DNA of 60,655 nt, counting the filler, from Sphacelaria rigidula (Eukaryota): assembly GCA_964200075.2 (NCBI GenBank). It is 9 parts of 9 records of this genome, joined end to end, with 100 filler letters (N's around TTAATTAATTAA, not from the genome) between each part and the next. Parts side by side here need not be neighbours in the genome. Positions count along the whole stretch, not along the records: positions 33,756 to 40,405 come from CAXNAA020018827.1; positions 40,506 to 47,155 come from CAXNAA020018828.1; positions 47,256 to 53,905 come from CAXNAA020018829.1; 6 more parts are not named here. The stretch is one strand, 5' to 3'. A program made the translations under genes and the position numbers. Below the pieces are notes generated by a model, which was not told the origin of the DNA, did not search any database, and saw nothing but the letters and a program-made list of their open reading frames with translations. Below are positions 40,355 through 52,219 of the stretch, one piece after another. How positions within the stretch are numbered: position 1 is the first letter of the stretch; each line of letters opens with the position of its first letter.

Positions 40355-40405
40355 GGGGGATGTACTCATGATCATGCGTGCCATAGTCACCAGACCATTG
40401 ACCTC
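40355..40405 (-). repeat. Poly(C)-ended module, beta (cut by contig end)
   Basis: Reverse complement reads gaggtcaatggtctggtgactatggc...gagtacatccccc. Confidence 0.85.
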
Positions 40406-40505
40406 NNNNNNNNNNNNNNNNNNNNNNNNNNNNNNNNNNNNNNNNNNNNTTAATTAATTAANNNNNNNNNNNNNNNNNNNNNNNNNNNNNNNNNNNNNNN
40501 NNNNN
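40406..40505. other. Artificial contig linker
   Basis: Same structure as 6652-6751. Confidence 0.97.
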
Positions 40506-40819
40506 CATGGGTGTCTCACCATTCAAACACTACGTGATACAATCATCTCCATTGTGCGGAGTTGAGGTTCTCCCACGCCGCGCAACATGATCTAGCTGCA
40601 CTGCCATGATGGTTACCGCAAAAAACACGCAACCGCGCAAAAAGTTGGTAACTTGATTGCCTAGCTTCCGTAGTGAGTGGCGTGTTTTATAGTGTCATCG
40701 CCAACCGACGCCAACCCCATCGGTGTTCCGCCCCTACAAAGCCGGGACGGAGCGCGCCGGGTTCTCTCCGGACCAGGCAGGGACGGGGGGGGAGTAGTTT
40801 TTGACAGCGGGGTGGGGGC

Positions 40820-41175
40820 CTGCTCGCAAAACAGCCGGAACGCTCACCAAGTCAACCATGTGTGTTTGGAACTTTCCCTTGAAAACTTCTAGGCCAGGAA
40901 CGAGGCCCGAGAGGAGCGGACCGACCATTTTGACCAATCATGGCTATTTCGAATGGTCGCGCTGTTCCCCTGCAGGTGGACTACAGATGAGCTACTTCGC
41001 TGTCTAGCCGTGTTTCTCATGCTGGTCGTGACAATCCAACCATAGAAAACGTGGGCCCCAACAACGAGCTTTTGACTCTGCTTGTGGTCTTTGCCGCCTG
41101 CCTGACCCCTCTTGTGTTGGCAGCATAGCTCCACACTGTCTGTAGTATTGTCGTGGACCACTACGCAGAGACATC
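40820..41175 (+). repeat. Dispersed repeat, also at 47256-47598
   Basis: Shared gctcac.aagtcaaccat, ttcta.gccaggaac, caggtggactacag and gcagcatagct blocks. Confidence 0.75.
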
Positions 41176-42544
41176 AACAGCATGGAGTAGACTGTTCAGT
41201 GGAGAGCGATGGCACGCTGGCTATTTCTTCCCGTTGTATCCAGCGACGACATATAGCATACATACAGACTCTGTACGCAATGAACTGCAGGGTCAGAATC
41301 GGTCAAGGGTTCTCCGGGACTATTTTCTACAGAGATACCCAGTATCCACCTGTCAATGAGAAAAGCGTTTTGTGTAGCGAGAAAAGAGCTGTCCTGAACC
41401 CTAGATGTGGCATAGTCCATCCATCTCAGTCCACCTGCGGGGGGATCGCTGCCCAAGGGCTAATCCCAGAGAAGGTCCACGGAAGAATTACTACGCTGCG
41501 AGGTGTTAACGATCGGGGAGTGCTGCGCTGTGGTGCGCAAAAAATCTGTCTGCAGGGACACCGTTAGAAAAACTAGACATTCCAGAGAAGAGTTACAAGG
41601 TTTTTGGCGCTTCGCGCCACCGCTCAATCGAGCGTTTCCCCAAGACAAAGGGTAATGATGAGGGTTGCTACCGGCATCAATCGTCGCCCACACAGAAGTG
41701 CTTAGAGGCGAAGATAAGATTCAGAGGTATCTGTTTTGACATGAAGATATGATTCAGAGATAACTCGTTCTCCTTTTCTTGTCTCTTTGGACTATCAAAC
41801 ATCGTCGACGACGACAAAACCCACAAAAAAAAAGTCGAAAGGAGGCAGAAGACACTGGCAACGAAAAAGATGACCGTGAAGCACCACCAATTCTCCGTCC
41901 GACAAATCTGCGCAAAACGAACTCATTTAATCTTCAAACAACGACAAAACCCGAACGAAAATAAAGAATCGAAGCGACGCAGAAGACACTGGTCTTGCAG
42001 GACCAAAAACTACCTATGAAGGACTATAACAGCATCGACACTGTGAAATAAAAATGTATAACTCACCGTTGCCCGTCGATGAGACGATGTAAAACCCTAT
42101 GAAAAGTAGTGAAGCGAAAAAAGGAACTGAAAAACACTAGAGAAGCAATAGACTAAACGAAGGTGATCCTGTCCCCTCAACCCGCCTCCGTCCTAGTCTG
42201 CAGTTCACAGCGATATGCTTGAATTGGGCTGATTCGGGAAACTTGAGAAGTTGTTGCGTGATGTACGTTTGTACGTTTCACGGCTGGCCCAGCTCGTACG
42301 TAACTAGTCAAAACGGTAGGTACCACCGTCGATCATGCTTGGAGAGGGGATGAAAAAACGGTACCATCCGCGGGTGAGGCGAAACGGGGTTCGTGAGTAA
42401 ACACTTCATTGTTTTTTAATTGTTGTTAGGTCCCGGATACTCGAGAAGTAAAGTAAATTTGAACCCCCTGTCGTATCTGGTGGAATAAAAGTGGTTTATA
42501 TCCACTCACACCAGTGAATCTTCTGGAACAGTTTCTATGCGCAC

Positions 42545-42697
42545 CTCAAATGCATCCAGCGGAGTCAGCAGGGCATTTGGAGTAAATCCGACGGGGTTTC
42601 CGTTGTCCGGATCGACGGCAAACATGGCAACCTTGAACTCCTCCATATCTACCTCTCCTGTGCCGTCCGTGTCACACATGCGGAAGTATCTAAGAGC
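42545..42697 (-). CDS. EF-hand calcium-binding protein, exon C
   Basis: cag|...|gt, 153 bp, phase 0; ALRYFRMCDTDGTGEVDMEEFKVAMFAVDPDNGNPVGFTPNALLTPLDAFE contains a canonical EF loop. Confidence 0.88.
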
Positions 42698-43103
42698 CTG
42701 TTTGCGTTTGCATCAAAAGGAACATTGCAAGACCGGCAACAAAAAAGAAGTAGAGAGGGTGAGGATATTAAGCAAGTGACGTCTTCTCATATCTATACTT
42801 TACACGACTCGAGTGAACACGGTCATCTGAGCACATTAGCCGATATACTTTATAAATACAGCGTAAAATTGTTGACACGTGTTCGTGAGAGACCTGCTTC
42901 ATCTTCCAATACGAGCAGGAGTCAGCCAGCAGTGGAACGTTTTTGATCCAGTGAGAGTTGGTCTACGCAGCCGAAACAGCTAACGTGCGTTGTCGAGAAA
43001 ACAGGTGGTAGATATTCGTCATTGCAGATACTCAATACTCTGCACGATTCTACAAACGACGATCGATTATGCACAGTACGTCCGTCTGTTTGTTAGTCTC
43101 AAC

Positions 43104-43424
43104 CTTTGGCATGGACATCCTGATACCAAGTTGAGGAAGCATGGTTCGAAACTCGTCGAAGTTGATGAGGCCGCTGCTATCGGTATCAAATTGTCGGAAA
43201 ATTTGTTCAGGGGAGCGCCTCGTGAGCTGGGCCGTGATGTTCCTTGCGCCGTCGCCATCACCCACTCTAAGATCCTCGTCGTCCAACCCATCGCTGCTGC
43301 CACCGCCACTGCTGCCCTGATCCAGGGCCTCGAGCTCGTCGGCCTTTTTCTCAGCCGCAGTTTTCACGAGTTGCTTCTGCTGCTGCTTAGCGCTTTTTTC
43401 TGCCAAGGCGAGGTCCTCCTCCAC
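43104..43424 (-). CDS. EF-hand protein, exon B
   Basis: 321 bp, phase 0; VEEDLALAEK...EQIFRQFDTDSSGLINFDEFRTMLPQLGIRMSMPK. Donor is firm; the acceptor (aag) is inferred. Confidence 0.8.
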
Positions 43425-44209
43425 CTTGCCGATCCAGCGCATCAAAAATCATAACGACGAGTACATTTGGGCTACCGGTTGATCGAACACTGGTACGTGC
43501 TTGGAGCAATATGCCTTTCAGCGCGTCACAGTGGAACGGCTAGTAGTATAGAGCGGAGTTTTTGTGTGGCACGAGCGCCGTGTAATGCAAGGAAAGACGC
43601 GCGACCAAACTAGTACACGACACAGTGCGTTCCAAACGCCAAAATATGGGAGGGCATTACACCTCTCGAGTATATGGAACCATACCGATCCCGGAAGCCA
43701 CACAGACACAGTGCGCTAACGTCGAAACTGCTGGCCCATCATTCCACTCCATCGTTCCTTCCCGTCTCATTGCTAATCCCTCCCTTCCTCGGGCCGAGTC
43801 CGTCGTCTAAACAGATTAACCCATCTCCTTCCCCCGGATACTTTGGTATCGCGGGTTACATAGGCACTCCCGTACCTCGTCGACCGTCGTCTGAAAAACT
43901 CAGCTATGCAGACTCTCTTTTTTGCTACTCCCGTTGTCACGTTTTCAACGACGGAAGCCAAGTTTTTCCGGGGAAAAACGCCAAATTATCAGACGCATTT
44001 TGCAGGAATCTAACCCACGTTTTTTCCGCCTGACCAATAGATCACCGAGGCGCCGCGGTAAACCTGGACTAAATAAAAACGTTGTAAAACAAAGAACACC
44101 TCTGCCCAAGCTGATAGAAAGTCTACCCTGATTTTTTTTCTGTCAATCGTCCCCTGTTCATTTGCTTATAGCACGGCATGCACGTATGCATGCGGAACCG
44201 AAAATATAC

Positions 44210-44323
44210 CTTCGCCATCTCTCCTTTAATGTCGCTGTTTCCGTATTTGCCGAGGACATCACCAACAGCGTTTGAGCTTCCACTCGAGTACGACCCAACA
44301 GAGCCCGCGCGGCTTCCCCCCAT
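44210..44323 (-). CDS. EF-hand protein, probable first coding exon (exon acceptor at 44344, ATG at 44323)
   Basis: caacag|...gcgaag|gt; MGGSRAGSVGSYSSGSSNAVGDVLGKYGNSDIKGEMAK joins in frame to exon B. Confidence 0.6.
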
Positions 44324-44967
44324 TTTTTCGCCACCTTTGCTAACCTGTTGAAGCAGGATAGAACAGTGAAATACAATATGGCCCCACGCAGTGAGAAGTT
44401 TTGACGAACAACGAGCAACCACACGTTCCGTTAGCTACCTTGGAGGCAACCGTCACCTTAATTAATTACGCCGCATAAACGGAGATTCCAGCGCAAAAAC
44501 ATCGCAAAGCGGTATCGACTCTCCCGCACAACGCGGACGAGGCACTCAAAGTGGAATACATTGCGCTCGGTGGCAAGAGGCGACAGCGTGTCTACTGTCC
44601 TAGCTTCTGGATCAACTGTGAAGCCATCGTCATACATTTTCTGGGAGCGATGGAAGCTGGTGGGGTGACGCCACTCGCTCCTCTGTGGTAGCGTGTTGAC
44701 GTAGTTGGGTTTAGAACGCACGTGACGGAGTATAGCACCCCCACGAGTAAGAAGCTGTTTAGGCTCGAATTTATCGGGAATGATAACCTTGGGTTGACAA
44801 TAGATCGTATTTATCAACTTTTTCAACGAATTTCTTTCAGTGACACAATTTTGGCTGTGTGTCTTCTATAGTTTACGAAAAAACAGAGATTTAACAGCTC
44901 TTCACACGAGGGTGTTTTCCCCCGTCATCTTCGATACCATCTCAAGGAGAGTTGGTAAGTAGCGAGA

Positions 44968-45016
44968 CAACAACAACAACAACAACAACGACGACGACGA
45001 CGACGACGACGACAAC
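44968..45016. repeat. (CAA)n(CGA)n microsatellite just upstream of the antiporter ATG
   Basis: Directly visible. Confidence 0.9.
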
Positions 45017-45049
45017 GAGACCCACAACAAGAACGACAGCAGCAAACAA

Positions 45050-45394
45050 ATGGATGCCTTGCTGAACGAGCTCCGCTTGATCCTACTTTTGTTTGTCGTG
45101 TGGGCCACAGAATACGCATGCAAGCGCCTGAATGTATCACCCATTATCGGGCAGATCGCGGCCGGCCTCGTGGTGGGACCGGCGCTGCTAGATTTGATTC
45201 CCTACGTGGAGGCCTTAAGGTTGTTTGGTAAGCTGGGGGTGATGATTTTGGTCGTTGAGTCCGGTTTGATTGTCAATCTGGATGAGGTACGACGCTTTGG
45301 GCTGAGGGCCTCGCTGGCTGCAGCCACTGGTGTCGTCGTCCCTACGCTGCTGAGCTTCGCCCTGTACTCTGGGGCATTGGGCAAGGGCTGGAAG
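45050..45394 (+). CDS. CPA2-type cation/H+ antiporter (Na_H_Exchanger family, KefB/NapA-like), exon 1
   Basis: MDALL...SPIIGQIAAGLVVGPALL...GKLGVMILVVESGLIVNLDEV...; donor aag|gtgagg. Confidence 0.9.
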
Positions 45395-45402
45395 GTGAGG
45401 AT

Positions 45403-45482
45403 TGTTCAGGAAGCGAGCAGTTTACCCATTGAACCAGTGAGCGCTTACTGGTTCAATGGGTAAACTGCTCGCTTCCTGAACA
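45403..45482. mobile_element. 80-bp near-perfect palindrome with TG..CA ends and 5-bp direct flanks (AGGAT), in intron 1
   Basis: 40-bp arms with one mismatch (G:U in the sense RNA); aggat at 45398-45402 and 45483-45487. Confidence 0.8.
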
Positions 45483-45687
45483 AGGATGTGGTGGTTGAAG
45501 AGAGGACGCTACAGTACAGTAGAGTAGCACTCGATAGGCCAGATGCATTTTGTTGCTCGCCCACGTTGTTGGTTGAACTGCAGGGTGATATAGTTGGCCC
45601 ACCATGGACATACTATTCTGTCTTCCTCGTTGATGGTTGTAGAACCACCGGAAAATGCGTCTGTCTTCATTGCCCCCGTGACATCAG

Positions 45688-45873
45688 ACGACCTTGGCAG
45701 TGGGTGCAGCGATCTCGCCCACGAGCTTAGGATTCAGCGCGCAGATGCTCGGGGAAGTTGGGGAGCTGGCATCCCCGATCGGTCAGCTCATCTGTACGGC
45801 GGCGGTAATAGATGATGTATTGTCTCTTCTGCTCCTCGCCGAGGTGCAAGCGCTCGGGGAAGATGATCCTAAG
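45688..45873 (+). CDS. Cation/H+ antiporter, exon 2
   Basis: cag|...|gt, 186 bp, phase 0; SPTSLG and TAAVIDDVLSL are the conserved CPA ion-binding motifs. Confidence 0.92.
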
Positions 45874-46297
45874 GTATCCTGCGCAGCACTTGTACCACTG
45901 AGAACGCGATAGATACGAGGTTGCAAAGCATTGGTCCTTAACGGTGGCACCAAGAGTCTGGCAAATATTGCGGTTCATGAAGAGAAGATGAAAGTGACGA
46001 GGAGTTCTCTGATTGGCCATGGGAAAAGCCCATGAACTCTGATTTTATCTTTCTCTAGCTCGCGTAAATTTCGACAGTATGTTTATAGAACACGCCCGTA
46101 GCCGCTGGAAATGCTAACTACTTAGTGTGTACGCGCTGTTTGCAACAGATACCCTGCCGACCTGTTCCCGAACACTTCCTACGTTTACATGTCAATCGCT
46201 GAGCGCATTCAAAAGCAATCCATCCCTTTCTATACCGCCGTCGCGTTTCGCTTTGCCTTTTTCTCGCCATAATTGACGAAACACTATAACACAACAG

Positions 46298-46879
46298 TGG
46301 TACGCGTATATGCTGCCAGTGGTGGCCTCGGTGGGCTCCATTCTCGTGGGAAGTCTTGCCACGCTATTTATCAACTCAAAAACAAGATCGCTGAACGCGT
46401 GGCTCATGTCGCTCGACCGTTCAGCAGCGTTCCAGCAACCTCTAGATATGGCCACTCCGGCGAATATCTCAGCACCAGCACCAGCATCGCGATCTAGTGT
46501 CAGAGAAACAGCAGCAGAACACACCAGGGTGACCCCATCAAGCGGCGACGATGACCGCAGGATCTTGACACCAACAACAGCGGAGATGCACTTATCGGCT
46601 GGAACAAACAGGGGCGAAAAAAACAAGGAAGTGGGTCGGAAGATGGCGGCGGGTGGGATGCAACTACCAGAGACTACACACGATCAAGCGGTCGATCGTC
46701 AGGACGGGGGGCATGCAATTGGTAGAAGTGACCGTGTTCTGCTGGCGATGGTGTTTGCACTTTCCTTGCTGTTCGCCTACTTGTCGGCGCTGGTGGGGTC
46801 CTCTGATCTGTTGGGGTGCTTTTTGGGCGGATTGGCGTTCTCTGGTGTGCCTGGCGTACGCACAGTATGGGGGCGACAG
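46298..46879 (+). CDS. Cation/H+ antiporter, exon 3 (gene continues beyond the contig)
   Basis: cag|WYAYMLPVV...AYLSALVGSSDLLGCFLGGLAFS...WGRQ|gt; 582 bp, phase 0. Confidence 0.85.
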
Positions 46880-47155
46880 GTGATCTATTGTACTCTGATA
46901 TTTCTCGGCTCTTTAGAAAAATAGCGCGGAGGCGAGACTCCATTTTTAATCTTGCCCCGGTGTCGTAATAAACGAGTATGTTATGAAAAATTGAGTGTGA
47001 AGCGCGTGAGGTGCGCCCGACACACAACGGCACTTACGAGCTGGGCCAGCCTAAAAACGGATATAAGCTCTAAAAGCAATATCTCATCGACACAGATGAG
47101 TTAGGCCGTGATCCGCATATCGTATTAATCGTCTAACCAAGGGGAATGTGCCCAT

Positions 47156-47255
47156 NNNNNNNNNNNNNNNNNNNNNNNNNNNNNNNNNNNNNNNNNNNNT
47201 TAATTAATTAANNNNNNNNNNNNNNNNNNNNNNNNNNNNNNNNNNNNNNNNNNNN
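47156..47255. other. Artificial contig linker
   Basis: Same structure as 6652-6751. Confidence 0.97.
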
Positions 47256-47598
47256 CTGTCCGCAGAGCAGCCGAAGAGCTCACAAAGTCAACCATATGTC
47301 TGTGGAGAAATAAAGGTTCTAAGCCAGGAACAAGGCCGGGGAGGCTCGGAATGACTATTTTGAGCAATCACGGTCGTCAACGTGAGCACGTAGCTACAGG
47401 TGGACTACAGGTGGACTACTCCGCTGTCTACTGCATATGTCATTCTAGTCATGGTAATTTAACCATAGATTACATGGGTACAAATAACTTGTTTTGTACT
47501 CTGCTCAATTTCTGTGCCGCCTGTCTGACGCCTCATGTATTGCCAGCATAGCTTCACACTACTCTCTGTAGTGTTGTAACACACAAAGCAGGGGCATC

Positions 47599-48079
47599 TG
47601 TCACACAAGCAAAAGTTATGCACCTACGTTAGATGTTGAGGGACTTCTACCAGTCGGGGATACGTTTTACGCCAGACCTCAATGGCCACATAATTACTCT
47701 AACTACATCCCTCTGTACCGTCTACGGTAGAAATCACACATCAACACCGGGTAGATCATGCCTGTTTGAATCCTGTAGCAGAAGTGAAAATACACGCAAG
47801 CACCGTGCTCAGCATATACGTAGATCCTTGGCGGAAGGTAACGTCGTCAGCTGTCAGCAATGGTGAAGTGCAATGTCAATATCGGGGGACGATATATTAT
47901 AATTTGCCTTCGGATTGGTTGGGTATTGCGTATCGGATCGTCCTGATCTCAGAAGGGGTTCCAACGCGTTTATACTTCCATATTCTTTCTTTCGTCACTA
48001 GGCTGAAGATGGGGTGGTGCCGCGATCGGAGTGGTGGCGCTATAGTCTTTCATACACGGTCATTATCCATCATGTAACA
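47599..48079 (-). mobile_element. 3' LTR (481 bp)
   Basis: Minus strand reads TGTTAC...GTGACA, directly after the PPT; the outer end abuts an interrupted host repeat. Confidence 0.8.
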
Positions 48080-48432
48080 TCCCCCCTCACTAGATTTGCC
48101 AGGTGTTTCACCAGGTATAAACCACCAAGTTGAGACCAGTGCAATCGATCCGGTACGTTTGAAATGAAAGGGGGGACGTCATTCACACTTCTCTATTGCT
48201 GGAAGGTACGGGATAGAGGCCCGTTTCGGCTGCCCCCAGAATCGGCTGCTCCCAGTTTTCGACTGCACCCATGGGACCCGGTAACTTTCTCATCTTTGAC
48301 CGCGTCTCCGGGCTTGAGTGAATGTTCCATCCTTGTTGATCCTGCATGAGGATCTCCACCTGTGAAGCACTCACTCGGGGGAGTACGTGTCTGATAGCAC
48401 TCCTTCTGTTACGGTATGTACTGGGTAAAAAT

Positions 48433-50042
48433 CTAAAATGCCCATTCACGCATTTCTGTCTTGCTGAATTCCAACCAGTTGCCGTTCGGGTATCTTACTC
48501 GCCAGTATGGGTCAAGGTAATCATATACCTCACCTGTCCCTACTCCTACGCCAACTCCGTCGTCTACTGAGCTCCTCACCTGGGTTCCTATCGGGTACAT
48601 AGCCAAGGCATCCTCCCTATTCCTTGTCGGTGTGGACGTTATCTCACTGTTGGATTGTGGGTAGGGTCTTACCGACAGATAATACAGGTCCCACATGGCA
48701 CGGAACACATCGAGTTGGAGAGGGGAAAAATTGTCCAACACCTCCGTTTCCGTTAGCCAGTCGGACCCTTGCCCGTCCTGATACCCACCTTTACATTCCC
48801 ACACCGTAAGGTTAGGTGCGGATGTTGTGCTCCTCCTGTTCGTCAGTGTGTACAGAGGGGAGGCTACTGTAGAGATGTCGGCTAGTCCTAGGTCCGGTCC
48901 CCATGCCAGCTGGGTGAAGTCATCCTCTATTGAGTGTCTCAGTTCAGGTCGACGCTGATAGAACGGTTTAAGGGCTGAGGTGGAGACGGTCCTGTGGCGC
49001 AGTTTCCTGCCCTGCGTCGATACTCCTACACTGATTCCCGGTATGGGGGTGGATACTACTTCCCATGGCCCTGTCCATTTTTCGTGTCACAGTTTTTGGT
49101 GCTGACCGTCCCGATGTAACGTACTCTCCAATTCCCGGACTAGCACCAGATCTCCCCTTTCCACCGACGTACCCGGGAAGTGCCTCAAGATGCTTGCGTT
49201 ATGTCTCTGTCGATCTCTCCGTTTGTTCCTTTGTCTCGCTTCCAGGACTTGCTTAACCTGGTCTAGTTTTCGTTTCCTTTGTTCAACGAAGTTTTCCAGT
49301 CTTAACGCGGTGTCATTGCCGTCCATCTGTGGTACTAACGTATCTAGTGTGGTTCTAGGACTACGACCGAAGATAATTTGAAACGGGGTCAGGTTGGAGA
49401 GAACGGTTGGGTCTGGAAGTGTACGTTTGATCCAGCACTCTGGGTCCATGTACTCATCCCACCTGTCGGGCCATGACTTACATAGTTCAGATAGTGTATC
49501 ATACATCCATGCACCTGCTCTTTCCCCTGCACCCTGGCCTCTCGGATGCTCTGCGGGTTCATAGTCCAGGGATACTCTGAGCCATCTGTATAGATCCCTT
49601 ACTACCGTTGCTGCGAACTCTCCCCCTTTGTCACTGCGAATATATCTAGGCTTGCCGAATGTTAAACACAGTTTCAGTAGGATGCGGGCTACCGGTGCCG
49701 ACTCTTTCGTCGGTGTGGGGTAACTAACCGAGGAGGAATTTCGACGCCCGGTCGACAATTAGTATAATATAGTATGTATCGATTACCTGATGCGGATGTG
49801 CGATGCATATCTTGAAAGTCGATCTCTAGTACCTCCCAGAGATGTGGAAATCGGCTCGGTAGCATCGCTACTTGTTGCGTACGTGCCTTTTCCCTGCGTT
49901 TGCACCCACATGATAGAACGTAGTCACGGCAGTCTCTGTTCAGACTGTTCCAGTGGAAGTGGTTTCGTAAAAGGAGCGTGGTGTGTGCTACTCCAGTGTG
50001 TCCACAGTGTGCGTGTACGAGTGCTATGAGGTCGGGAACTAG
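48433..50042 (-). pseudogene. Gypsy integrase (HHCC, DDE core, GPY/F, chromo-like, Tudor-like)
   Basis: VHAHCGHTGV...SCGC; FGKPRYIRSDKGGEF...HPRGQGAGER; KWTGPWEV; WECKGGYQDG..SDW; GEVYDYLDPYWRVRYPNGNWLEF; stops at 49087 and 50043. Confidence 0.92.
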
Positions 50043-50906
50043 TTATCTCGGTATGGTCAAGGTTGGTTTGTGCTTTTTCCCGGTGAACCACAACAGGCCC
50101 TGGTCGTCTACGATGTATCGATCTGACGTGGTCCCAGTCCCAGTCTTTTTCGTCTCACTGAGTAAGGAAGCTCGAATCTGGCTCAGATGGGGGTCGTTTT
50201 TCTGGCTCTCGACTAGGCTGGGTGTATCCGATAGAGTATTGATCACTCTGTTGATAACGGAGTTGTGACTATTGGGTGAGACCCTTTTCGTGTGGTTGTT
50301 GTCGTGTTCATTGACGACGACAGCGGGGTCCAATTCCATACTGTCTGACTGTGTCTGCTGGGCGTCTGTGTAGGTTGGAGGTGTGGTCTGTGGTACGGAG
50401 GTGGCTTCGTTGGTTATGAAATCCCTCAGTCTAACAGAACGAGTGCGGGGTCTGCCGGATCTACGTGGTTCTTCCTGGATCTTGTCATGTAGTGCTACTA
50501 TCTCTTCTCGAGCAAATGGCGTCTCCGACAGTTGTGTCGTTGTCTCCCTCACTCTCGCCTCAGGTCTTTGTATGTCTGATATCAGGTTGTCTTGTTGTGC
50601 GAGTTCGTCGATTGAGTAGTCCAAACAGTCTGTAGTGCCTGCAATCGACCACAACGCTGTAATGGGGGAAGATCCTACCAATATCCCGTTTTCTTGTCCT
50701 AGTTGGCTCAGGGGGACTCCATCCAACACCGGTCCTTGCGGGCCCTTCGTGCGCCGGTCGGATTTCAGAGTTGGGTCATCCGGAAAAGCGTCAACATATG
50801 TACCTTCTGAGATGTCGCCAAATAGCCGTGATCGCGCATCGGGAAGTTGGTGCGATGTACCTGCTCTCCACCATAGTGTCATGTCGTACTCCATCAAGCG
50901 TAGCGC

Positions 50907-52097
50907 TCAACGATGTAGTTTGGGTTCGAGGTCTCTGCTTCTAAATAACCAGAGGAGAGCGCTGCAATCTGTTACGAGGCTGAATCTTGTACCTGTGATA
51001 TATGGTCTCAAGTGCCCCGTCGCCCACAGAACGGCCATGCATTCTCGGTGTGTTGCTGCTCTCAGTGAATCGGTACGCGAGAACCGGTGACTCGCGTATG
51101 CTACCACTTTCTCGACACCCTCAATCGTCTGGCACAGTGTCGCGCCGACCCCCAAGATACTCGCATCGGTGTGTAGGGTGAAGGGGTGGTCCCACGAGGG
51201 ATATGCTAGAATCGGTGGGGAGATTTGTGCCTTTTTCAGTTTATCGAAGGCCTGTTGCTTCCCGTCATCCCACGGGATTCTCAGTTTCCTCGCACGTTTG
51301 GATTGAAAGCGAGGATTACGGAAGATATCCGTCAGAGGAGCCGCGATGGTGCTGTAATGGTCGACGAATGATAGCATGTAACCAGTCATACCGAGGAAGG
51401 CGCGTAACTCTTCCACCGTGTTTTGGGGGCAGAGCTTACTGACTGCTTCAATTTTGTATGGGGCTGGGCGTCTACCCTCGCGGTCGATCACCATCCCCAA
51501 GAATTCCTGGTTAGGCATGCACCATGACGATTTCGCAAAGTTGACCGAGTATTTTGCTTTCAACAAAGCCGAGAGAACTTTTCGTACCAGGGAAAGGTGT
51601 CCGGAGAGGGTTTTGCTGAATATGAGTATTTCGTCCAACCATACCTGAACACCTTTACCGATGAGGGGTCCTAGGGTTTTGGAAATACCCCTGGTGAAGC
51701 CGGAAGGGAGGTTTTTCAGTCCAAAGCCACACCTGTTGTATTCCCATAGTTGGCCGAGTGCATCTCTGAACACTGTCTTGTGCTTGTCGTGCTCCTCGAT
51801 TTCGAGTTGGAAGTACCTTGATGCGAGGTCTAATGTGAAGAAGTACTCATTTCCACTAAGCTTGTCGTGCATGCTTTCAATATCCCCCAGACCCCCGCTG
51901 TCTGTTTCCATGAGATCGTTCAGTTCCCTATAGCGATGGCATAGGCGGAGTGTGCCGTCTTTTTTCGGTACTGCGAGGGATCTCACCGCCCACTCTGACT
52001 CTGATCGACGAATGATACCTCGTTGGTGAAGTTTTTCTACTTCCGCTTGAATTGCTTCAGTTTCGGCGGGGGAAAAGCGTCGCTGTTTTGTTGCCAC
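50907..52097 (-). pseudogene. Gypsy reverse transcriptase + RNase H
   Basis: PKKDGTLRLC, LDLASRYFQ, FGLKNLP, WLDEI (degenerate YxDD), LHTDASILGVGATL, VTDCSAL. Confidence 0.95.
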
Positions 52098-52219
52098 AGG
52101 TTTACGTCGTTCATCTCTAAGTGGAATACGGATCTTACCTTGATCGCATGTCGGACTTTCTTGGGGTCTGCTGGAAAAATACCTTGACGGCGGAACTCGT
52201 CCAACAGTGTTGGAAGCTC

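Noticed and set aside
42067..42096. 30-bp AG..GT micro-exon as the next EF-hand exon
   Set aside because: The translation GFTSSHRRAT does not continue the expected EF-hand after LDAFE.
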